Positions 41,328 through 51,790 of a stretch of DNA of 64,000 nt are shown piece after piece. The stretch comes from Paramoeba atlantica. Its lineage: Eukaryota; Protista; Discosea. Under the pieces are notes generated by a model, which made no database searches, had not been told where the DNA came from, and saw only the letters and a program-made list of their open reading frames with translations. How positions within the stretch are numbered: the stretch's first letter is position 1; each line of letters starts with the position of its first letter. The translations under genes and the position numbers were made by a program. The DNA is taken from contig CDRNVI010000069.1 in NCBI GenBank assembly GCA_977017575.1, forward strand, positions 1 through 64,000, in the 5' to 3' direction.

Positions 41328-43131
41328 TTTGTTCGTTCATGCACTTATAGTGCAGAGATTATGCTCACAAAGTCCGTGCCCGCATACGACGGGTGGATCA
41401 AGTGAGGGTTCGCCCTCGCCGGAGGTGTGCGGGTGCAGAGAGCTGGGGTCCCAGGTGCAGAGAGCTCGGTTGTCATGTGCAGGTGCAGAGAGCCGGATGC
41501 GTAATCCCCATATTACAGTTTCGGGGGCAATCCGGGTGCAGAGAGCTGCGACAGAGCCGAGGTGCAGAGAGCTGGGCGACCCCCAGATGCGGAGAGCCGG
41601 GAGTCTCGTCGGCGGAGGACACGCCTAGTGGTCCTCAAGGGAGGCCACCGTAACGCATGGCCTCTTCGGAAAGGTAACTGCGAGAGAAGGGGAAGCCGAG
41701 AGAGGGAAACACACTCACTCCAGGGGAGTGATTCTGGAAGGGGTGAAGGGGTGGAAGCGCGTCCACTGCTTCAACAATAGAGAGGGACAGTTTCGGCCTT
41801 AGTGCCGGCCGGCAACGGGCATGAAAATACAGTAAGAGTATGCCCTTTGCCGGGGAAAGAAAGGATGAACTAAGGAAAATTTTGATGTTCATGCGCTCGT
41901 TGGCGCAGAGATACAGCCCTTGATGCGACAGCCGATATCATCGGCACAATCCGTATTGACGGATGTCGCACCAAGGGGGTTTAGCTCGGACTCTGTCGGT
42001 AGAGGGGGTCCAGGCAACTCGCCCTCTCTTTACGCAGCCGGAGGGGCGCACTGCAACCGACTCGGTCCCAGAGGTTATGATCATACGCTCGTGGCGCAGA
42101 GATACGTCTCTCTGTGTGACGGCCGATACCATCGGCGCATGACCCGCATACGACGGGTGTCACACAGAGAGTGGAGTGCGAGGTAGGAGACGAGACGCCC
42201 ATCGGTCATGCTACAGCACGTATAGCCATGGTTCATGCTGCAACACGGTCAAGCCGTGGGTTCATGCTGTCAGATGGTCTATCGTGGATCATGATGCATC
42301 ATGGGGAGGTCCGTTACCGCCGCACTCGCTACAGCATGTAGGGAGAGAGGGGTGCAAGTTCGCATCCCCTATACACGCATACAACGTGTCCTCCCGCTGT
42401 AGCACGCCCAGTGGTCCTCAAGGGAGGCCACCATGGCGCATAGCTCCCGGGAGAAGAAAGCACGAGAAGGAGAGAGCCGGGGAGGGAAGAAAGCTCACTC
42501 GAAGAGAGCGAGCCGGGGAGGGGTGAAGAGTGCGAAGTGCGTCCCCTAGTTTTATCATGCACTTATAGTGCAGAGATTTACTCACCATGTCCTTATCCCG
42601 CATACGACGGGTGGATCATGTGAGGTTTCGTCCTCGCCGGAGGTGTGCGGGTGCGGAGAGCTGGCGTCCCAGGTGCAGAGAGCTCGGTTGTCATGTGCAG
42701 GTGCAGAGAGCCGGATGCGTAATCCCCATATTACAGTTTCGGGGGCAATCCGGGTGCAGAGAGCTGCGACAGAGCCGAGGTGCGGAGAGCTGGGCGACCG
42801 CCAGGTGCAGAGAGCCGAGCCTCGTCGGCGGAGGACACGTCTAGTGGTCCTCAAGGGAGGCCACCGTGACGCATGGCCCTCTCGGAGAGGAAAAAGACAA
42901 GTCGAAAAAAAGCCGAGAGGGGGAAGCACACTCACTCCAGGGGAGTGAGTCGGGGAGGGGTGAAGTGGTGAAAGCGCGTCCCCTGCTTCAGCGACAAGAG
43001 GGACAGTTCCGACCTTAGTGCCGGCCGGCAACGGGCATAAAAATACAGTAAGAGTATGCCCGTTGCCGGGGAAAGAAAGGATTAACTAAGGAAAAAGTAC
43101 CAACAAGGTACAGAAACTGTATCTTTATCAA
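41328..43131 (-). mobile_element. Composite: family B copy 2 (41328..~41880), diverged relative (~41880..42548) and copy 3 (42549..43131)
   Basis: Two near-identical ~560-580 bp bodies in tandem; the middle module shares GTGGTCCTCAAGGGAGGCCACC and an analogous 3' hairpin plus A-rich end. Confidence 0.85.
43101..43129 (-). other. SL exon-like 29-mer followed by GT at the 5' end of family B copy 3
   Basis: GATAAAGATACAGTTTCTGTACCTTGTTG|GTAC matches the conserved kinetoplastid SL core ACAGTTTCTGTAC-N4-TTG|GT at exact spacing. Confidence 0.75.
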
Positions 43132-43838
43132 TCCTTCCAACTGATTAGGTAAAATAGTAAGATCTACACGCCCATAAAACCAGACTTTCGAAACTCGCTT
43201 ATTAAGACGTAGAGTACGCATCGTAGCTGGGAGAAATGAAAAAAGAAACTCACCATGAACAGGCAACTCATGCCAATTAATTTCTACGACCGTCAGCTCC
43301 TTATCACAAAGAATGTTTTTCCATTCGCATACTGAAATATTTGCTTGCCACGAGCTGTCTGTATTTTCCAGTTTGATTACTAACTGATTTAGCAGGATTT
43401 CTTGCGGAAAATTGGCTCCACGAATCCGACCAACTGGTACTTTTTTGTAATCGGATTCAATAGCAGTTACTGCAAAAAGGGGCTTCGAATAATTGTACAT
43501 TACTTAATAGGGAGTACGAGAGACGCAAGACACAAGAATAATTATAAGTGTGTAACAACTTATAGTTGTTACAGAATATAGTTTTTATAGTTTTCATAGT
43601 TTATGGAGATTGCACGTGCGAACTAACAAGCAGTTTAAACCATTTTCTTTGATTCATTTGTTTGAGCAGTGATCATTTCTTTTGTCTAACAATGGATTTT
43701 TCTTGTTTCGTTTTTTTCCTGTATCTCGACGCCTTGCCGGGGGTGTGTGAGATTTTCTTATCGCCGAGAACCTACTCTAAGTAAGTTTCTATTTGAACAG
43801 AAGAGGTATGCATAGATTGCCTGAAAAGCCACGAACTA

Positions 43839-44269
43839 CCGTATAGCGCCCCCCCCCCCCAGTAATAGAATGGGTTTTGGTCCAAAATGGCCAAATCTCT
43901 GTTACTGGGGGGTGCTTTTTTGGTAGGCAGAGACCTTTTTTTCATGGGTGCGTTGATTTTCTGCCCAGACAACCCCGCAACTATACCATTCGCTCCCGCG
44001 CAACTACCCTCACCCAGCCCAGCGACCCCCACCCGCCCAAACACCCCCTCCTACCTCCAACCACCCTCCCGAGCCAAATTTCTGCTACTGGGGGTCAGCC
44101 CAAAAATAGCCAAATCTCTGTTACTGGGGGGGGTCTATTACTGGTCGTCTATTATGTTAAGAGAGAAGCAAGATGTACCATATACCCCTTCTCAGTAAGA
44201 GACCCCCTTAGTAAGAGAGATTTGGCCATTTTGACCCAAAACCCATTCTCTCACTGGGGGGCTATACGG
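43839..44269. mobile_element. MITE with ~70-bp TIRs and TA TSD
   Basis: TA|CCGTATAG..CCAGT.A.AGAATGGGTTTTGG..CAAAATGGCCAAATCTCT is mirrored at about 44200..44269|TA. Confidence 0.88.
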
Positions 44270-44407
44270 TATGATAACGACAGATAAACGCTCCACATTG
44301 GTGCACTTAAATGAATAAAAATATCAAAAATAAGGAAACGGATAAATTGTCTTTACTTTAACGGAAATGGCGTCTTGCTGTGTATTTTTGATTTGACACG
44401 ATTACAT

Positions 44408-45223
44408 TTAAGGACCTTTGCAAGTAAAATCATTGCCCGTGTAGTCCAACACCGTGAAACTGTGCGCTATCCCATATTTTCCACAGACATCGTAGAATTT
44501 GTTGTTGCTTAAGTCCACATAAGTCAGTGTCTCGGGGAGCAGCGATAAATCGATACGCCCACAGAGGCGATTCGCTCGAAGATCGACCGTGTCCAACCCG
44601 TTGGGTAAGTCACCTAATTCCACCTCGCCATCAAAAGCATTCTCATACGCTTGAAAAATATGAAGAGATCGGGGTAACTCCGAGAGCTCGCACCGGCCAA
44701 TAAACCTATTTCGTGACAGCGCGAGGGTGACCAACTCACGAGGAAGTTCCTCCCATGAGATGGGACCACTGAAAAAGTTGTTATACAAAACAAGAGAGTG
44801 TAACTGCCGTGGGAGAAACCCAGCGTTGAGTTCTCCCCCTAACTTTGTGTTGGCAAATTCGATGGTACGAAGTGAGGAGGGAAAGTTTTCCCACTCCGGG
44901 GTCCCGATGAGCTGGGTTTGACGCAGCGACAGCGTGTGGAGCGTCTCTGGAAGGTAACGCCAGGCTGGGCGCCCGGTAAGATACGAACTTTCGAGCGCAA
45001 TTTTACCCACAGCCTCGAGATCGGGTTCGTACCCGCAGTGGATGCCGTACCAGTGAGCGACGGGGTTATCTTCCCGCCACGAGCTGTGCTGTGGGGTCAT
45101 GTTACGCACAAAGAGGCTGAGCTGAAGCTCCGTAGACAAGGCAGCGTGGGTAGGCTTCCCACGACGAGATACCGGAATGTCCGCAGTGGAGAGGAATGGT
45201 GGGAAGGAAGAAGTGTTGTCCAT
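44408..45223 (-). CDS. Small LRR protein (family member, divergent)
   Basis: Likely start MDNTSSF at 45223 (271 aa). ELQLSLFV..SSWREDNPVAHWYGIHC followed by LRRs. Confidence 0.8.
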   Translation of the reverse strand: MDNTSSFPPFLSTADIPVSRRGKPTHAALSTELQLSLFVRNMTPQHSSWREDNPVAHWYGIHCGYEPDLEAVGKIALESSYLTGRPAWRYLPETLHTLSLRQTQLIGTPEWENFPSSLRTIEFANTKLGGELNAGFLPRQLHSLVLYNNFFSGPISWEELPRELVTLALSRNRFIGRCELSELPRSLHIFQAYENAFDGEVELGDLPNGLDTVDLRANRLCGRIDLSLLPETLTYVDLSNNKFYDVCGKYGIAHSFTVLDYTGNDFTCKGP

Positions 45224-45669
45224 GAGATGTGGCAAAAATAAGAAGATTTTTTGAATTTGAAAATATAGAAGCAAATGGGGATTGATTTGCGTAGAAAATA
45301 TTGTGGTCGCACATCGCTGGATGTTATGCCCTGTTTGATATTTTTCTGTAAAGGGTTTGTTTACACGTTTAGCAGCATTATACACATCACATGCATTCGA
45401 CATTGAAGCTATTGCCTTATTATTTTACTATTTTCACTGGATTGAAAACTTGTAAACTATCCTACGTAACTGAGTTAACAACGTTTTACAGAGTGCGTAA
45501 TTCTTTTTCCGACTGTTAACTCGCACTATGCGGCTGTTTAAATACCGATAAAGCTTGCAGCCAAAGCCGCAGTTGTGCTACGAACAAGTTAATAAAAATC
45601 CTAAAGATTATTAGTCATACTCTCCACTACACATTACACTACAAAGAAAAAGAAAGGGCATGACGTACC

Positions 45670-48600
45670 TTATATAGGAAGGGGCGGAACGTAGATAGGC
45701 AGAATACCGACGTGAAAAAGTCCTGCACAGGTAACTAGTGTCATACCCAAAACTAATACGAGAGTGCGTAAGAGTGTCCATACCCAACCAGGAAGCTGAG
45801 AGAGACGCTGACGAATTCCTTCAGCATTACTCCTTTTTTCCTCCTCCGGGTCGTCATCTTCGCGCCCTCGAAAGTAATCGTCTACGTCATCGCTTCCTTT
45901 TTTCGAAAAGAACCGATCGGCCTCATCCCGGAGGTCAAAGTACAACAGCGTAGGAGGAAGCTGAACATGTTCCATATCCCCGACCACCTTTTGGTTTTCC
46001 CCCAGACGTAAATCCTCAATGCCAGGGGGGAAGTGAAATGCCTCAAGGTCACCCTGCAGGTCGTTCTCCGCTAAGTCACACTTTAACGTGTCCTCTGGGA
46101 GCCACACGTCATCCAGCGTCCCTTGTAGACGATTTGCACGAAGACTGACATCCGTCAGAGAAGGGGGAAGGGCCACAGAGGCCAAATTCCCTTCCAGTTT
46201 GTTCCGTGCTAAATCCAGACACTGTAACTCGGAGAAAAATCCAAGCAACAGTCCCTGCGCCATCTCCTCCGGAGCGGCTTTCTTGTTCCCCCCACTTTCT
46301 TCCTCTTGCACCCCTTCCCGAGGAAACCTACCCCCCTCGTGTGGTTCCACACCCTCGGGGCTCCCCGGGGACGGTCCAGAACCCTTCCCCTCCCGAACCC
46401 GACCCCAGACCGCCCCCAAGTCCCCCGAGAGCCCACAATGCCGCAACCCCAGCGAGCGTAACCCCGAGGGCAACTTTGGCTGTCGTACCCGCCCCCCTTT
46501 TTCTTCCTTTTCCCCCAGGGCTTCCTCCCCCGCAGCCCTCTCCCCCCCGAGCACCTCCCCCAGGTCCGAGCCCTCCAACGGGTTCTCGCTGAGGTCCAGC
46601 ACCCTCAACGAGGCCGGGAGCAGCCCGGGGTCCATCCGGTGCAGCGCCCCGGTGAGCTGGTTGTTCGTTAACTCCAGCCGAATCAACCCCGGGGGGAACC
46701 ACCCGGGGCTTAGCCTTTCTATCCTCCCCGTGATCTCGTTGTGGGCGAGATCGAGCCGGGTGAGGGCCCGGGGGAGCGGGGGGGCGGCCTCCAGGCTACC
46801 GTAGAGATTGGTGTGGCGTAGCCCCAGGACGTCCAGCCCGGGGGGGAGGGCGAGCTGCTCCATGGCCCCGTTGAGCCCGAGGTTGCCACTGAGGTCGAGA
46901 TAGGAGAGGGCGGGGGGGAGGGGGAGGGCGTGGGTCTCCCCGGTGAGGCGGTTGGCCCGGAGGCTGAGGTAGTGAAGCCCGGGGGGGAGACGCAGGGCGT
47001 CGAGGTTACCCACGAGGTCGTTGCCGTTGAGGTCGAGTCGTTTTAACGGGGGGGGGAGGGAGAGACGGGGGAGTTCCCCGATGAGGTTGGTGTTGGCCAA
47101 GTAGAGAAACTCCAGGAGGGGGGGGAGGGTGAGACGAGCGACGTCCCCGTGGCAAGGGTTGTCGTGGAGGTCGAGGGTGGTGAGAGCGGGGAGGGGGGTG
47201 AGGTGTTGGATCGCCCCGGTGAGGTGGTTGTTACCCAACGCGAGGTGTTTGAGGGGGGGAGGGAGAACAAGGGAGGGGAGGTCCCCCACCAGTTCGTTCC
47301 CGTTTAAATCGAGATGGGTGAGTTTTGCAGGGAACGAGACGGTGGTAAGGTTGCCGGTGAGGTGGTTGTGGGCGAGGGAGAGGTATTCCAGCGGTGGGGG
47401 CAGTTCTTCGTCTTCTAAATTTCCGAGCAACCCGCACCCTTTGAGCCCAAGATGGGTCAGACCCGAGGGAAGGTACCCAGCGTGGAATTCACCGGAGATG
47501 TCACGGTTCTCGCTCAGGTCAAGGTGGGTAAGGGTCTCGGGTAGGTAGAGCTCATGGAAGTTCCCCTCCAGACGGTTGTGCCCTAGGCGTAGCAACGTCA
47601 GGCCCGGGGGAAGGGGTTGCAGTGCGCTGATCTCTCCCTCAAGCAGGTTCTCGCTCAAATCCAGATGGTCGACATCCGGAGGGATGAAATCCAGGGTGAG
47701 CTCTCCCTGGAGCCGGTTGAAACTTAAATCAATGAAAGTCAACGTCAGGGGCAGCTCCAGATGTTGCACGTCACCGTAGAAGTCGTTGTTCGCCAGGCTA
47801 AGGTAGGTAAGAGTCTGAGGAAGGTTCAGTAGGGCGACATCCGCCGTCAGCTGGTTGTTCGAGAGGTCGAGGTAGCGCAGCTCCGACGGGAGGTCCAGCT
47901 CGCTCAACTCACCGGTAAGAAAGTTCCCATTGAGCTCCAGACGGCTTACCCCAGTGGGAAGCACCAGGTCGTTGATATTCCCCCGCAGTCCCATGTCCAT
48001 TAACCCGACATGTGTGATGCTTTCCGGCAGTCGCAGCTCTCGGGCCTCGCATCCGATTCGTAGCGCGCTGAAGTCCACCCGCTGCAACCCCTCTGGCAGA
48101 CGCAGCCGCGTGAGATCCCCTGTGACCTCACAGTGGGACATGCCAAACCGAGTCAGACTCTTGGGCAACCGCAAAGTCTCAATTCGCCCGTGTAGGCGGT
48201 TGTGGCTGAGGTCCAAGAAACTCAGCCCCTGGGGAAGCACAAGCTCAGATACATCCCCTGTCAATGCGTTCTCGCACAGTATCAAGCTCCGCAGTGTAGC
48301 AGGCAGCTGTACACGCGTGAGATCCCCCGTGAGCTGGTTGTGCCGTAACCCGAGCTCACGCAACGTAGGGGGCAGCGGAAGGTCCTCCAAGGACCCGCTA
48401 AGCTGGTTAAAACTCAGCCCCAGCAACGTAAGTCCAGGAGGAAGATTTGTGAGATCCGATATGGATTCAAACTCATTATGACTTAAGTCCAACACCTGCA
48501 ATGTCGGGGGAAGCCCTTTATGAGAAATATCCAAGCGCCCACGTAACCCGCGGGTACTCCACTTAATCCCCACCACATAGGGTTCTGGAGTATCGGATGA

Positions 48601-49665
48601 GGATGACGAGGGCCCACTCTTTCCGGGCCCTCCCGCACACGTCACCCCATCCCACCCACACGCGGGGGTGTGTTCCTCCCATGACGCGTGTCGGTTCTCC
48701 ATCCCCGCCACGAACTGTACCAGCTGCTCCAGGTCACTTCTCGGGGGGTAGTACCCCCCAGCAACCATCCGGGGCAGCGAGACACTGTGCGCGAGAGCGG
48801 GAGGGGGGGCGGGACCCCGTCCTAAATTTTGTGTGCTCCTCCCTCCCCGGCTCATCTCCACACGTACGGGACCGTACGGGGCAGGTGAGGCCGAAGAAGA
48901 AGAAGGGGACGCCGAAAAAGCCGGTGAGTCTTTTACCCTCTTCGGCGGGATAAACTTCCCCCCGGGGGTGAGGGCGTGGGGCCCGGCCTTCACGGGGGTC
49001 GGGAGCGTGATGGCCGCAGAGGAGGCGGAGGAGGAACGAGGGGGGGTTTTGGTTTGCCGCAGCGGCACTCTCCCCGCTCCATCTCGCCCCACGGAGCTAC
49101 TCGTGGAGGAAGAAGAGGCGGAGTAGGGAGAGAGTTTGGGGTGGAGACCGGACGTGGGGGTTCGTGTGGGGTCGTTGGCGGGGACGGCGGGACCGGAGGG
49201 GAGGGTGAAGGCGGGGGTGTCGGAGAGGGGGCGAGTGGAGGAGAAGGAGGAGGGGGAGCGCGGAGGGGAGCGTCCGGTGTAGACCGCGGACCCGTGGGAG
49301 CGTCGTGAGGAGGTGTGGGAGGGGCTACGGGTCGTGGGGGAGGAGGAGGAGGGGGAGATGGGTGACCGTGTCGTGGAAAGGGGTGGGGTGGAGGGAGGCT
49401 CTTGAGGAGGATCGTCTTGGGGAGAGGAGGACGGGGGAACCGAGGGTGGAGGGGAGTTGGGCGGGGTGTGAAGGGGGCTCGAGGCTTCGCCAGGAGAAGG
49501 TGGATACGCGTGACGAGTAATCAAGCGGCTTGTTTCTGAAGAATCTTCGGATGGCACAGAGGGAGTGACCAAAGTGAGATCATCCGATGCGTAGAGCCGT
49601 GGAGTAGAACAGGGAGAGAGCGTTACCCCAAAAGTGTAAGAGACAAGCAGAAAAAAGAGTGTCAT
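45670..49665 (-). CDS. Large membrane-anchored LRR protein
   Basis: Hydrophobic leader MTLFFLLVSYTFGVTLS, Ser/Pro-rich region, cap SWEEHTPACGWDGVTC, about 30 LRRs of ~23 aa, C-terminal hydrophobic helix (TLLRTLVLVLGMTLVTCAGLFHVGIL). Confidence 0.88.
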   Translation of the reverse strand: MTLFFLLVSYTFGVTLSPCSTPRLYASDDLTLVTPSVPSEDSSETSRLITRHAYPPSPGEASSPLHTPPNSPPPSVPPSSSPQDDPPQEPPSTPPLSTTRSPISPSSSSPTTRSPSHTSSRRSHGSAVYTGRSPPRSPSSFSSTRPLSDTPAFTLPSGPAVPANDPTRTPTSGLHPKLSPYSASSSSTSSSVGRDGAGRVPLRQTKTPPRSSSASSAAITLPTPVKAGPHALTPGGKFIPPKRVKDSPAFSASPSSSSASPAPYGPVRVEMSRGGRSTQNLGRGPAPPPALAHSVSLPRMVAGGYYPPRSDLEQLVQFVAGMENRHASWEEHTPACGWDGVTCAGGPGKSGPSSSSSDTPEPYVVGIKWSTRGLRGRLDISHKGLPPTLQVLDLSHNEFESISDLTNLPPGLTLLGLSFNQLSGSLEDLPLPPTLRELGLRHNQLTGDLTRVQLPATLRSLILCENALTGDVSELVLPQGLSFLDLSHNRLHGRIETLRLPKSLTRFGMSHCEVTGDLTRLRLPEGLQRVDFSALRIGCEARELRLPESITHVGLMDMGLRGNINDLVLPTGVSRLELNGNFLTGELSELDLPSELRYLDLSNNQLTADVALLNLPQTLTYLSLANNDFYGDVQHLELPLTLTFIDLSFNRLQGELTLDFIPPDVDHLDLSENLLEGEISALQPLPPGLTLLRLGHNRLEGNFHELYLPETLTHLDLSENRDISGEFHAGYLPSGLTHLGLKGCGLLGNLEDEELPPPLEYLSLAHNHLTGNLTTVSFPAKLTHLDLNGNELVGDLPSLVLPPPLKHLALGNNHLTGAIQHLTPLPALTTLDLHDNPCHGDVARLTLPPLLEFLYLANTNLIGELPRLSLPPPLKRLDLNGNDLVGNLDALRLPPGLHYLSLRANRLTGETHALPLPPALSYLDLSGNLGLNGAMEQLALPPGLDVLGLRHTNLYGSLEAAPPLPRALTRLDLAHNEITGRIERLSPGWFPPGLIRLELTNNQLTGALHRMDPGLLPASLRVLDLSENPLEGSDLGEVLGGERAAGEEALGEKEEKGGRVRQPKLPSGLRSLGLRHCGLSGDLGAVWGRVREGKGSGPSPGSPEGVEPHEGGRFPREGVQEEESGGNKKAAPEEMAQGLLLGFFSELQCLDLARNKLEGNLASVALPPSLTDVSLRANRLQGTLDDVWLPEDTLKCDLAENDLQGDLEAFHFPPGIEDLRLGENQKVVGDMEHVQLPPTLLYFDLRDEADRFFSKKGSDDVDDYFRGREDDDPEEEKRSNAEGIRQRLSQLPGWVWTLLRTLVLVLGMTLVTCAGLFHVGILPIYVPPLPI

Positions 49666-50145
49666 GGGCGGCACTTTGAGAACGTCCAAAGAAGTAACAA
49701 TGATCTCCAGTTGTTGGTAATAGAGATGTGAAAAAGACTATTTCGAAACAAAAAATCAAGATTCTTAGAGTGGTGAACCGGGCTACCCCCACACGCGCTC
49801 ACACACGGGTGTGAGCGGGTGCGGTCGGGTGCGCACTAGAACTTCGTGATGCGAAAAAATTTATCCCTTGGATTTTTAGTTTAGTGTAGGAGCTGAATGC
49901 GTATAAACACTACATTATTATTCATAATTGAGATCTACACGTTTTGGGTAAGATTCATTCGAATAAAAAAAAATAAAAAAAATAAGGCAAATACAGCGAC
50001 AAACGCCTTCCTGCGCAAGCCATTATGGAGCGCATAGAAGAGAGCATCATGGAAATCCCGAAAAGTATCAATGCGTAAACTCCTTCTTGAGATAAACTGC
50101 AAACCTGTTGTAACAATTTGTTACAAAAAAGCAAAAAAAATAAAG

Positions 50146-50721
50146 TTAATAATGTGAAGTGAGTGGCTTGTGCCGCTCAATGACGCGGGTAATATTTCCC
50201 AACTCAGGAAATCGCCTCCACTGAGGTTTTGGAATTAAATGGCCTTGAGAGGGGTGTTGCCAGAAATTCGGCCAATGATTTCCCGCAAATTTTGTGGGAT
50301 CAAAATACGCCTCCGCATCGGGAGTACGCAGACGCTCAATTGGAGTGGGCCCCGGGCCCCGGGACTTTGCTGTATTCTTTGTCTGCTCTTCACGGAGAAC
50401 TCGGTCGTTAATCTCCTCTTGTTGAGCAATTCTCCGTCGCGTAATCTCCCTACGTCGGAGACTCGCCATGACACGGTTGTAGTGCCACTGCATACGAGCC
50501 CCGGGGACGAGGCGAAAGTGGCCGTTAACCATCGCGGCATCCGGCATCTTGTTGTCAAACATCGCGTCGCGCACCAGAAAGTTGTACCGGGCTTGGGACT
50601 CGTACCTCATTAAGGCAAGGCGCTCCGTGGCGGCGGGGTAGAACTGGGGGGCGACGGGGAGGGTGTGGGTGCCGGCCAGCACACTCTGGTAAGAGCCACG
50701 ACCCAGGGCACCTCGGCTCAT
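50146..50721 (-). CDS. Conserved-looking 191-aa protein, probably a kinetoplastid mitoribosomal subunit
   Basis: Starts MSRGALGRGSY after a polypyrimidine tract. FLVRDAMFDNK, RTPDAEAYF and NHWPNFWQHP resemble, from memory, a trypanosomatid mitoribosomal protein; not verified. Confidence 0.5.
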   Translation of the reverse strand: MSRGALGRGSYQSVLAGTHTLPVAPQFYPAATERLALMRYESQARYNFLVRDAMFDNKMPDAAMVNGHFRLVPGARMQWHYNRVMASLRRREITRRRIAQQEEINDRVLREEQTKNTAKSRGPGPTPIERLRTPDAEAYFDPTKFAGNHWPNFWQHPSQGHLIPKPQWRRFPELGNITRVIERHKPLTSHY

Positions 50722-51192
50722 GCGAGAGGCAAGGGGGGAGGTAAAAAAAAGAAAAGATAAGAAAGAAGGAAAATGAAATGAAATGAAATGAAAGGTGCCG
50801 AATTGGTAGGGATATTTTGGAGGAGAAATGTTTACCGACCTTTTCAAAGGTAAGAACGAACTCTGTGACTTGTTACTTCCGACCATAGGCCTACAAGGAG
50901 TTTGAGTAAAAAAAATGGAAATAGACTGTACACTGATACAATCCAGTAGAAATTTACTTGACGTGTGTTGTGGATCAAGTATTTAGTACATTCGTCATCC
51001 TATTACGAAAATGTAGGAGTTCTTTCTTCGACTTTAGGAAACAGGTTTTCAGATTTGAATCTTCTTGCTTAATGCTTGTTTAAAGAAATTTTATATTAAC
51101 TTTAAAAACAGTTCAAAAATTTGTTTTTTGCAAATATTTCTTCCTCTTTCTATCAATGGATTGCGGTACAAACGAAAGTCGCAAATTAATAT

Positions 51193-51261
51193 TACTGTGA
51201 CCCCCCCACTTATAGTGACGCGGTTTTCGACCAAACGGCACTATAAGTGGGGGGGGTAGTA
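51193..51261. repeat. Miniature TIR/hairpin remnant
   Basis: Perfect 17-bp stem CCCCCCCACTTATAGTG / CACTATAAGTGGGGGGG, with TA on both sides. Confidence 0.7.
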
Positions 51262-51539
51262 TGTTTCAGGTCGAGGATGAAAATTTTTCCACCCTGAAAA
51301 AAAACAGCGCGCCGCTTCGCGGCGCAATTCTTTCTATCATGTAGTTTTGAGTGCCTAAGCGCTGTAAAAGGAGTTACTATACTTCACTGCTGTGTATGGG
51401 GTACAGTGGCCGTAAACATTTGTGAAATAAAGATACCCTAAAAGAAAATTGTGAAATATTAATTCGTGAACAAATTTCGAAATGACGATCTGTATTCCGT
51501 ATGTTTCTATAACGAAAAAGACAAATACCTTCGTCACTG

Positions 51540-51790
51540 CATGCTTACCATTTATTTCTTGGAGCAATTTAAGGTGCACTTTCCTCAAAAATGCCTTTCG
51601 CTCTTTGTTTTCGCTTCTCGGGCGCTTTCTTCCTTCGAGACTGCGATTGATGCGTGATTGATAAAAAGAGGCACCGTTGCTTTTAATGCTTCGGACAGTT
51701 CCTAAACTGATCCGATACATTTCGCTTAGCTTTTTTGTTTCCAATTCGCTACGACAACTTCGTTGAAACCTACGAAAGGCAAAAACTGGC
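51540..51790 (-). pseudogene. Possible pogo/Tigger (CENP-B-type HTH) transposase remnant
   Basis: KKLSEMYRISLGTVRSIKS..GRKRPRSENKERKAF resembles a psq-type HTH and linker. Confidence 0.4.

Larger units (their letters stand above)
41088..43500 (-). pseudogene. LRR family gene split by a composite family B insertion
   Basis: N-part about 43132..43500 ends GRVDLTILPNQLEG(L). C-part 41088..41327 starts LAGNKFSGSPDLSNLPVGLKYLNISDNEFSG. Confidence 0.8.

Noticed and set aside
27610-43131. Family B as a canonical Helitron (5' TC, 3' hairpin plus CTAG)
   Set aside because: CTAG is present in only two of three copies and is not followed by T, and counting it as element sequence breaks the LRR frame. 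The SL-like head favours an RNA origin, though rolling-circle mobility is not fully excluded.
43621-43636. AACTAACAAGCAGTTT resembling the SL start
   Set aside because: Only 7 nt match the SL 5' end and the rest of the exon is absent.
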